Assembly (NCBI GenBank): GCA_964480145.1
Contig: CAYZOI010000003.1
Span: 1-49,984, forward strand
DNA from: an uncultured Dehalococcoidaceae bacterium
Lineage (GTDB): Bacteria; Chloroflexota; Dehalococcoidia; Dehalococcoidales; RBG-16-60-22
Direction of reading: 5' to 3'
DNA: 49,984 nt
Shown: one piece after another, positions 7,808 through 15,322 of the stretch
Position numbering within the stretch: position 1 is the first letter of the stretch
How the letters are laid out: each line of letters opens with the position of its first letter
The notes under the pieces: generated by a model
Database searches by the model: none
What the model was told of the DNA's origin: nothing
The model's input: only the letters and a program-made list of their open reading frames with translations
Position numbers and translations under genes: made by a program

Positions 7808-8956
7808 ATGAGTAAACGAAAGGAAGCAAGCTACGAAAGGTTTATTACCGGCCCGATCCCTCGCTTTGATGATAGAAACGGCGGATTTTCTAAGCTCCAG
7901 AGAGGCGAAATAATTGACTTGGACAACATTGTGACGATGCAAAAAGGTGCAGCGACAGTAATCGAGCGCGCGCTTTCAAGAGACCCCACTAGGAAGGACA
8001 AGAAAGGGTATGAGCAAGAGGACTACGCATTGAAACAGGCGGGCAGAACGGTCGATGTTCATGTCAGGAAGAACTTGTTCTCCAGAGATTCAGAAGTTGA
8101 TGAAAACAAGGTTGATGATTCGGAAAAGGCGACCATAACTCGCAAAATCAAAAGAGTGGCCGGATGGTTTGGAGCAGACTTAGTAGGTATCTGTGAGGTT
8201 AATCCGGCCTGGGTTTATACACACTGGGGGGATAATAACGCCATCAGGAGTGGTATAGCCAACTCAGGAGACCCGATAGAGTTGCCGTCATGGGTTAAAT
8301 CCGCGATTGTCATGGTTATTGCCATGGACTACCAGCGGTTAAGGAGGAGCCCGGCAGCAGAAGGCGGTACGGATTTAGCCTATTCCAAGATGGCATTTAC
8401 GGCAGCGTCCGTGGCAACATATATCCGCAGTCTGGGTTATCATGCTATCCCATGTGGTAATGACCTAGCGCTTAGTATTCCTCTAGCGGTAGATGCTGGG
8501 CTTGGAGAGCTAGGCAGAAACGGCATGCTTATAACTAAGCAATTTGGGCCACGGGTGAGAATTTGTAAAGTTTTCACCGAGCTCTCGCTGGAACCTGATT
8601 CGCCGATAGATATAGGCGTGCAGCATTTCTGCGAGAGATGTGAGATCTGTGCTAAGTCATGTCCAGGCCAAGCCATCAAGCACGGCGATAGAACTGACAA
8701 AGCCTGGGACGATTCAAACAGCATGAACTTGCTCAAATGGCCCGTGAAATCAATGAATTGTCTGACCTACTGGATCAAAAACAGAGCAGATTGCGCCGTT
8801 TGCCTGCGCACCTGTCCATTTAACAAACCAAAGGGGCCGCTTCATTCCGTGGTAAGAGAAACCATAGAAACAACATATTGGTTCGACCGATTATTTATCA
8901 AGATGGACAAAGTATTCAAATACGGTGAGCAAGTCCTTACCGAACTAGAAGACTGA
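7808..8956 (+). CDS. reductive dehalogenase-like corrinoid/Fe-S protein lacking a Tat signal (cytoplasmic RdhA-like)
   Basis: The core matches RdhA: IKRVAGWFGADLVGICEVNPAWVY, AGLGELGRNGMLIT, FGPRVRICKVFT. It has two Fe-S motifs, FCERCEICAKSCPGQAI and CLTYW..CAVCLRTCPFNKP. The N-terminus MSKRKEASYERF has no RRxFLK motif. No small hydrophobic rdhB-like ORF is adjacent. Confidence 0.65.
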   Translation: MSKRKEASYERFITGPIPRFDDRNGGFSKLQRGEIIDLDNIVTMQKGAATVIERALSRDPTRKDKKGYEQEDYALKQAGRTVDVHVRKNLFSRDSEVDENKVDDSEKATITRKIKRVAGWFGADLVGICEVNPAWVYTHWGDNNAIRSGIANSGDPIELPSWVKSAIVMVIAMDYQRLRRSPAAEGGTDLAYSKMAFTAASVATYIRSLGYHAIPCGNDLALSIPLAVDAGLGELGRNGMLITKQFGPRVRICKVFTELSLEPDSPIDIGVQHFCERCEICAKSCPGQAIKHGDRTDKAWDDSNSMNLLKWPVKSMNCLTYWIKNRADCAVCLRTCPFNKPKGPLHSVVRETIETTYWFDRLFIKMDKVFKYGEQVLTELED

Positions 8957-9082
8957 GGCTTCAAGGAAGCTGAGGTTTCCCGGTTGAGAAGGACTAGAGG
9001 TCTTAAAGAAGTAACAGAAGCTTGAATTGTTACCTCATTGCACAATTCAGACGTCCGCGCAAATAATTGTGGGGAGCAGTAA

Positions 9083-10252
9083 TTAAGAGGCCAGTTCTTT
9101 TATCGTCCGCTCTATCCTCTCCAAAGCCTTGCTAATATTTTCCAAAGATGTTGCATAGGAAAATCTTAAAAAACCGCCACCATACTGGCCAAAATGGGCG
9201 CCCGGCAGACAGGCCACGCCAGCCTTATTGAGAAGAATATCAGCCAGTTGTTCGCAGCCAATCCCCACTTCTTTAACGTTTGGGAAAACATAGAACGCTC
9301 CCTTAGGTAGGACGCAGCTTATACCGGCTATCTTGTTGAGTCCGTTAACAATAAGGTCTCTCCGCTTCCTGAACTCGTTAACCATTTGCGGTACGCTGTC
9401 CTGTGGCCCGGTGAGCGCTTCAATGCCAGCATGTTGGGTAAAAGGCGCGGTGCAGGAGACGCTGTTGACAATCAGGCGCACCACTGGCTCTACAAGTTTC
9501 GGTGGTAGGGCAGCATAACCCAGACGCCAGCCAGTCATAGCGTAGGTTTTGGAAACACCGCTTAGGAGAATGGTTCGATCAAGCATACCCGGCAAGCTGG
9601 CGATGCTAAAGGACTCATGTTCGTATACAATATGCTCATAGACTTCATCTGATAGCACCGTTATTTCGCGGTCCTTGACCATTTCTGCGATGGCGAGAAC
9701 ATCATCTTTCTCGAGAACGCCGCCAGTAGGATTATGCGGTGAGTTGAGAACGATGAGCTTGGTGCGCGGCGTAATCTTCTTCTCGAGCTCATCAACATCG
9801 AAGCGGAAGTCCAGTTCCTCCCTGAGCTGAACTGGAACTGATTTAGCCCCTGTGAAGTTGATAGCAGATTCGTATATGGGGTAACTCGGGTCAAGACAGA
9901 TGGCTTCATCGCCTTCCTCAAGCAGTGCCAGTATTGAGAAAAATACTATTGGCTTTGCACCTGGTGTCACAACAATGCGTGCCGGATCTATATCAACATT
10001 TCTCGTTTTCCCCAACTCTTCAGCAATAACGTTTCGTAGAGGGACAATTCCCTGAGAATTGCAATAGTGCGTCTGACCGTTGTCGAGTGCTTTCTTTGCT
10101 GCATTTCGAATATTTTCCGGGGTATCGAAATCGGGTTCCCCTATTTCAAGATGAACAATGTCCATCCCTTTGGCCTCAAGAGCTTGAGCTTTGGCCAGTA
10201 CGCCGAATGCGGTCTCCGTTCCTAACCCGAACATTCTTTGAGCTATTTCCAT
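9083..10252 (-). CDS. class I/II pyridoxal-phosphate aminotransferase (aspartate/aromatic aminotransferase-like)
   Basis: LEIGEPDFDTPENI, NSPHNPTGG and the PLP-lysine motif SKTYAMTGWRLGYA. 389 aa. Confidence 0.85.
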   Translation of the reverse strand: MEIAQRMFGLGTETAFGVLAKAQALEAKGMDIVHLEIGEPDFDTPENIRNAAKKALDNGQTHYCNSQGIVPLRNVIAEELGKTRNVDIDPARIVVTPGAKPIVFFSILALLEEGDEAICLDPSYPIYESAINFTGAKSVPVQLREELDFRFDVDELEKKITPRTKLIVLNSPHNPTGGVLEKDDVLAIAEMVKDREITVLSDEVYEHIVYEHESFSIASLPGMLDRTILLSGVSKTYAMTGWRLGYAALPPKLVEPVVRLIVNSVSCTAPFTQHAGIEALTGPQDSVPQMVNEFRKRRDLIVNGLNKIAGISCVLPKGAFYVFPNVKEVGIGCEQLADILLNKAGVACLPGAHFGQYGGGFLRFSYATSLENISKALERIERTIKELAS

Positions 10253-10286
10253 ATATTTCTACCTCCAAAGATGTGAAAATTTCCCA

Positions 10287-11336
10287 CTACAGCGAGCGAT
10301 GTTCACCAGGTGGCTTAATTTTCAACTCTTTCGCCAAATTAATCAGCTCTTTCCACGTTGTGTCCTCTATCGGTATGCCGTCTCGCATCCTCTTCTCAGC
10401 CTCTCGTTCCTCAATCTCCCCGGGTATGAGTATCTCTGTAAATCCATCCATCGGAGGGCATGACTTCACATTACCAATTAAATGCAATACATCTTCCTTA
10501 TATTCCTCGTAATCCCTGAACCTGCTAATATCAATAACCGTAATAAAAAAACCACCCTGTGTTGATGGATGGGCTTCTATGTATTTGCTCTGTAGAGCGC
10601 CAAGCAACGCGCTCGATAGCACTTCAATTGCCATTACCAGTCCATAACCTTTATACCCGCCAAAGGGGAGAAGAAATCCCTCTAATGCCTCCTTGGGGTC
10701 GGTAGTCGGTTTACCCTGCTTATCCAAAGCCACCCCTTCGGGTATTTCCTTACCCCTGCGAGCTGCCACCCTAATTTTGAAAGCGGCCATGACACTCGTG
10801 GCCATGTCCAGAATTATCGAACTCCCCTCATCCATAGGAAAACCTACACACAGGGGGTTTGTGCCGAACATTTTCTCCCGGCCTCCCCATGGAATCATAA
10901 TAGCCGGTGCGTTTACACAGGCAAACCCGATAAAGCCATGCCCAATAACTTTCTTCATGTAATAAGCCAGCATCCCCACATGTCCAAGATTCCTGACACC
11001 GACTACGCCAACGCCGGTGGATTTCGCTTTATCAATCGCTAAGTCGGTGGCTTTCGTGGCTGCAGGAATGCCAAGGCCGTTTCCCCCGTCCAGCAGGGTT
11101 ATGCTGGAAGACTCCTCAACTACGCGAATATCAGATCCGGGCTGCACGAAACCCTTACGAATACCCTCTACATAGTATGGAATCCGTATAATTCCATGAG
11201 AGTCAACACCCCTCAAGTTCGCTAAAACAAGGTTATCGGCAATGTTCTCAGCATCTTCTTTTGGAACACCGCATTTCTCAAAACATTCAGTGCAGAAATC
11301 CTGTGCTTGCTCAGCTGAAACCTTAACATTCTCCAT
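10287..11336 (-). CDS. Ldh_2-family NAD(P)H oxidoreductase (malate/L-sulfolactate/ureidoglycolate dehydrogenase family)
   Basis: LANLRGVDSHGIIRIPYYVEGIRKG, NLGHVGMLAYY, TNPLCVGFP and GGYKGYGLVMAIEVL are hallmarks of the type-2 malate/lactate dehydrogenase family. Confidence 0.8.
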   Translation of the reverse strand: MENVKVSAEQAQDFCTECFEKCGVPKEDAENIADNLVLANLRGVDSHGIIRIPYYVEGIRKGFVQPGSDIRVVEESSSITLLDGGNGLGIPAATKATDLAIDKAKSTGVGVVGVRNLGHVGMLAYYMKKVIGHGFIGFACVNAPAIMIPWGGREKMFGTNPLCVGFPMDEGSSIILDMATSVMAAFKIRVAARRGKEIPEGVALDKQGKPTTDPKEALEGFLLPFGGYKGYGLVMAIEVLSSALLGALQSKYIEAHPSTQGGFFITVIDISRFRDYEEYKEDVLHLIGNVKSCPPMDGFTEILIPGEIEEREAEKRMRDGIPIEDTTWKELINLAKELKIKPPGEHRSL

Positions 11337-11415
11337 AATTGTAGTTTACCTCCCAGAATTAACCCGGCTTACCCATTGAGACCATTCCACCCAGGTAAAA
11401 TAAAAGTTAACATAC

Positions 11416-11757
11416 TTACCTCATCTTCTTCAATGTTCCCTCCACCCAGTAGAACTTTGTAGCGAAACTGGAAGAGGCGAATAAGAGCAGAAACAGTGGC
11501 TTATTTGATGCTTTGTTACCCATAATATTTAAAACTCTCCTTACCGCCTCATAACTTACATCGTGTTCCTTGGCCAATGCCCTGAGGCCCTTTTTACCGC
11601 GCTCCTGAACTATCGAAGCCCGTTGTGATGTTGATAGATTACTAGTAGAAACAGAAATGTCTCTGATCTGAGGGCACAACACTTCTAACAAATAGGCAAT
11701 TTGCACTTTATAAGCCAGTGCCCCTCGGGGTCGCGTCCAAGATCTTTGGCGTGACAC
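11416..11757 (-). CDS. small helix-turn-helix protein, possibly a mobile-element remnant
   Basis: AT-rich ORF with a GTG start. The segment SQRASIVQERGKKGLRALAKEHDVSYEAVRRVL resembles the N-terminal HTH of transposases, resolvases and sigma region 4. The rest has no recognisable domain. Confidence 0.3.
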   Translation of the reverse strand: MSRQRSWTRPRGALAYKVQIAYLLEVLCPQIRDISVSTSNLSTSQRASIVQERGKKGLRALAKEHDVSYEAVRRVLNIMGNKASNKPLFLLLFASSSFATKFYWVEGTLKKMR

Positions 11758-11931
11758 TGTGTTTGTTCCGAAGCAACAACCTCAGGAAGTAGCACGATTT
11801 CAACGCTTAAAATTTTCGTGAATATTACTGTACTGATGAACCATATCGAGATATAATATAGGCGACCACAATTCAACGAGGGGATTATATTGCTGCCGAA
11901 CCGCAGACTTTTAAACAGCAGAGCAGGAAAT

Positions 11932-11982
11932 CTTGACTTCCCAAGGAGGAAGTCAGGGGTTCGAGTCTCCTCAGCTCCACCA
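11932..11982 (+). pseudogene. 3' end of a tmRNA (ssrA) or tRNA-Ala-type gene (T-arm, acceptor strand, CCA) without a 5' half
   Basis: AGGGG-TTCGAGT-CTCCT-CAGCTCC-A-CCA at 11955-11982. CAGCTCCACCA is the Ala-identity acceptor end found in ssrA and tRNA-Ala. No GGGGCTG or GGAGCTG partner lies within the 75-400 nt upstream that I read. Confidence 0.6.
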
Positions 11983-12007
11983 AGAAAATCCGTGTTGGAG
12001 GTAAAAC

Positions 12008-12652
12008 GTGAAGGTTATTGGCTTTAGCTCCGGCGGTATCGGGCACGAGGGCAATACTGACCGCATGGTCAAGGCAATTATGGCCGGAAGCGGGCACGAA
12101 TACGAATTCGCCAAGCTTTCCGAGTTAAACTATTCGGGCTGCAAGGGATGCGTGCAGCTCTGTGCCAAGCGCCAGGTATGCCTTCTTAAAGACGACCTCC
12201 TGCCCTATTACCAGAAAATCAAGGAGGCTGATGCCATTGTCGTTGGCAGTCCGGTTTATTTCCGGAACATAAACGCCGATTGCTACAGCTTCCTGGAACG
12301 TTTTTTCGGATACCGTCACGTCAAGAGCGCCGTCCAGAACAAACCTTTCGCCCTGGTTGTCTGCGGACAGGACAAGATAGAAGCCGGCGTGGACTATCTT
12401 CAATGGTTCCTGCAGCGTTTCGGGGTAAAGATACTAGACACCGTGCGCTATGTTTCAAAATCGCCTCCCTGTCTCAGCTGCGGACGGCATCAGGAGTGCC
12501 GCATCGGAGGGCTGTACCAGGTCAGAGGTGAAGCTGCTCACTCCCTGATTATTGAGCCGGAGCTCTTCCAGAGATGGGAGGACAACCCGGTCACTATAGA
12601 AGCAGTGGAAGCTGCCGCTGGAAAGCTAAGAGCCCTCGGTGACAACGTTTGA
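12008..12652 (+). CDS. flavodoxin-fold NADPH-dependent FMN reductase / iron-sulfur flavoprotein-like protein
   Basis: MKVIGFSSGG...GNTDRMV, a Cys cluster (CKGCVQLC) and EADAIVVGSPVYFRNINA are typical of the Isf/FMN_red family. GTG start. Confidence 0.65.
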   Translation: MKVIGFSSGGIGHEGNTDRMVKAIMAGSGHEYEFAKLSELNYSGCKGCVQLCAKRQVCLLKDDLLPYYQKIKEADAIVVGSPVYFRNINADCYSFLERFFGYRHVKSAVQNKPFALVVCGQDKIEAGVDYLQWFLQRFGVKILDTVRYVSKSPPCLSCGRHQECRIGGLYQVRGEAAHSLIIEPELFQRWEDNPVTIEAVEAAAGKLRALGDNV

Positions 12653-12778
12653 TTGCAAAGAAGCAAAACGCTTACAATATTTGACCTGCCCCACTCGCCC
12701 TGCCCCCAAAACTGGTCCGGGTTTGATGCGGTACAATGAGAATCGGGTAGCCTACAGAACGGTAGGGGAGGTGCCATA

Positions 12779-14692
12779 ATGTCAAGTCTGGCTCAAGAAG
12801 CGCCCGGCGCTCGCGAATTGCTGATGGGCAATGAAGCAATTGCCAGAGGTGCCCTGGAGGCGGGAGTCCAGTTCGTTACCGGCTATCCGGGAACTCCGTC
12901 TTCGGAGATAGTGGGAAGTTTAGCTAGGATTGCCAATGAAACCGGGATATACGTGGAGTGGTCAACCAACGAGAAGGTCGCCACAGAGGCCGCCGCAGCG
13001 GCTTCTTTCGCCGGATTACGGGCGTTGTCCGTCATGAAAACGGCTGGCATAAACGTCGCTCTGGACTTTCTGTCCCACCTGAATTACTCGGGTCTCGGTA
13101 AAAACGGGGGCGGGCTGGTGGCTGTGGTCTGCGATGACCCCGAGGGGCATTCCAGCGGTGACGAGGCCGACTCGCGCTGGCTAGCCAGCGCTGAAGGCAT
13201 TCCCCTGCTGGAACCAGACAGCCCGGAAGAAGCCAGGGAGATGACAAAATGGGCCTTCGACCTTTCCGAGGAGTTCAACGGGTTCTTCCTGGTAAGAAGC
13301 ACCACCCGTATTTCGCTTTCCAGCGGTCCGGTTACGCTGGGCAAGATAACCGTTACGGGAAGGAAGGCCAGCTTTGATACTTCGCAGTGTATTTCCCCCT
13401 ATCTGGCCAGGCTTCACCATAGCGATGTCCTCGAGAGACTTGCCAGAGTAGAGAAAACCTTTGAGAAATCCTCCTTCAACTGGTACCGGGGCCCGCAAAA
13501 ACCGGAGCTGATTATTGTCTGCAGCGGCGTCAGCACCCGCTACTCTCTGGAAGCAATAGAATCGCTCGGCCTGGGTAAATCGGTCGGCGTATTGAAACTG
13601 GGAACACTCTGGCCGTTTCCCGGAAAATTCGTGGAAAAGCACCTCTCGAAAGCGAACCGGGTTCTGGTAGTAGAGGAAATCGACCCCTTTCTCGAAACCT
13701 TCGTGAAAAAGACGGCCTTTGAGTCGACCGAGCTGACCGGTGACCTGAAAGTCTACGGCAAAGAAACCGGCCACCTGCCTAAGATAGGCGAGTTAAGACC
13801 AGACCTGATATCAAAGGCGCTGGCCGCACTTTTTGAGACCGAATATGTCGATAGGGACGCGGGGTATAAGCAAAAAGCCGACGATGTCGCGGCAAAGCTG
13901 CTGATTGACCGCGGCGTAACCTGGTGCGCGGGGTGTCCACACCGGGCAAGTTTCTGGTCTATCAGAAAGGCCCTGCAGAAAGACGGCCGGGATGGCTTCC
14001 TGACCGGTGACATCGGCTGCTATACGCTGGACGTCTTTCCCGCCGGTGATAAACTGACCAAGGCGCTGCATGCCATGGGCTCCGGGGCTGGACTCGCCAC
14101 CGGCTTCGGCCATCTCAGCCAGTTTGGCTCGGAACAGCCGGTTATGGCCGTGTGTGGTGATTCGACCTTTTTCCATGCTTCCATACCCGCCCTTCTCAGC
14201 GCCATACACAACAAAGCAAATATGGTGATGATAGTGCTGGACAACAGAGCGACGGCAATGACCGGCTTCCAGTCCCACCCCGGGACAACGTTCGATGCGA
14301 TGGGAAATACGGCTCCCGCCATAGATGTGGCGAACCTCTGCCAGAGCCTGGGGTGCCAGGTGGTGATAACCGACCCCTTCGATATAGAAGATACCACCGA
14401 AAAAATACAGCAACTCTTAAAGGAAGACGGGGTCAAGGTCCTGATAATGCGTCGCACGTGCGAGCTGGTGCGAATGAGAGAGGAGAAAAAGCCACCCTTT
14501 ACCGTGTGGGTTGACGCCGAGAAGTGCCGCGGAGAGGATTGCGGTTTTTGCACCAAGTCATTCAAGTGCCCGGCCCTGCCCTGGGACATTGAGACGGAGA
14601 AAGCGATAATCAACAAGGCGGTCTGTTCGGGTTGCGGTGTATGTGTTGGCATCTGCCCGTTTGGGGCAATCGTGAAACAGGAGGCATCATAA
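12779..14692 (+). CDS. iorA: indolepyruvate:ferredoxin oxidoreductase, alpha subunit
   Basis: LMGNEAIARGALEAGVQFVTGYPGTPSSEIV, a TPP-binding region GDIGCYT...GDSTFFHASIPAL, and C-terminal 2x[4Fe-4S] motifs (CRGEDCGFC, CSGCGVCVGICP). Confidence 0.9.
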   Translation: MSSLAQEAPGARELLMGNEAIARGALEAGVQFVTGYPGTPSSEIVGSLARIANETGIYVEWSTNEKVATEAAAAASFAGLRALSVMKTAGINVALDFLSHLNYSGLGKNGGGLVAVVCDDPEGHSSGDEADSRWLASAEGIPLLEPDSPEEAREMTKWAFDLSEEFNGFFLVRSTTRISLSSGPVTLGKITVTGRKASFDTSQCISPYLARLHHSDVLERLARVEKTFEKSSFNWYRGPQKPELIIVCSGVSTRYSLEAIESLGLGKSVGVLKLGTLWPFPGKFVEKHLSKANRVLVVEEIDPFLETFVKKTAFESTELTGDLKVYGKETGHLPKIGELRPDLISKALAALFETEYVDRDAGYKQKADDVAAKLLIDRGVTWCAGCPHRASFWSIRKALQKDGRDGFLTGDIGCYTLDVFPAGDKLTKALHAMGSGAGLATGFGHLSQFGSEQPVMAVCGDSTFFHASIPALLSAIHNKANMVMIVLDNRATAMTGFQSHPGTTFDAMGNTAPAIDVANLCQSLGCQVVITDPFDIEDTTEKIQQLLKEDGVKVLIMRRTCELVRMREEKKPPFTVWVDAEKCRGEDCGFCTKSFKCPALPWDIETEKAIINKAVCSGCGVCVGICPFGAIVKQEAS

Positions 14693-15322
14693 ATGAAATA
14701 TCACGATGACCCTTTGAATGTGGTAATCAGCGGGGTTGGCGGCCAAGGGAATATCCTGCTCTCCCGCCTTATCGGCCAGTGCCTGTTAAGAAAAGGCTAC
14801 CATGTCGCCATAGGTGAGACGCTGGGTGTGGCCCAAAGGGGCGGGGGGGTAATGAGCAATGTACGGATATCAGAAAAAATGCAATTCGGCCCGCTTATCC
14901 CGGAAGGTCAAGCCCATGTCATTCTCAGCCTCGAACCCCTGGAGACCCTGAGGATGCTGGTCAGGTATGGAAACCCGAAGGTAACCACCATAACCAATTT
15001 CAACCCTCTTTTCCCGGTATCAGTGCTCTCCCGAAAGGACCGGTACCCGGAAGATGAAGCCCTCAAGGAAGCCATCGGGCAACTCTCGGCATCAGCCTGG
15101 TTCCTGGATGCCACCGGCATCGGCCTGAAGCTGGGAGCCCCTATCGTGGCCAATGTCATAATCCTCGGGGGATTAATCGGGCTCAATCTACTCCCCCTCA
15201 CCAGAGAAGATATTGCGGCAGAGCTGAAGGCCAGCTTCACCCCGGACAGAGTTAAACTGAACCTGAAGGCACTCGGTCTGGGGATGGAGTCCGTAGCGTC
15301 GAAGGCGAAGGCCAGTAATTAG
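14693..15322 (+). CDS. iorB: indolepyruvate:ferredoxin oxidoreductase, beta subunit
   Basis: Starts immediately after the iorA stop. ISGVGGQGNILLSRLIG is the gamma-domain motif of 2-oxoacid:ferredoxin oxidoreductases. Confidence 0.85.
   Translation: MKYHDDPLNVVISGVGGQGNILLSRLIGQCLLRKGYHVAIGETLGVAQRGGGVMSNVRISEKMQFGPLIPEGQAHVILSLEPLETLRMLVRYGNPKVTTITNFNPLFPVSVLSRKDRYPEDEALKEAIGQLSASAWFLDATGIGLKLGAPIVANVIILGGLIGLNLLPLTREDIAAELKASFTPDRVKLNLKALGLGMESVASKAKASN

Noticed and set aside
8957-9082. rdhB-type membrane anchor gene next to the RdhA-like gene
   Set aside because: The gap is only 125 nt and contains no hydrophobic ORF. The gene upstream is the amidohydrolase. The region holds only weak AT-rich inverted repeats (GTAACA..TGTTAC, GAATTGT..ACAATTC) that may act as terminators.
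11640-11982. Possible complete tmRNA (ssrA) gene ending at the CCA at 11982
   Set aside because: Reading about 350 nt upstream, I found no GGGGCTG-type 5' acceptor strand. GGGGTCG at 11727 pairs poorly and would give a molecule of only about 258 nt. I also found no TTCGAC-type D-loop analog and no plausible tag reading frame ending in Ala-Ala-stop. Only the terminal ~50 nt look tRNA-like.
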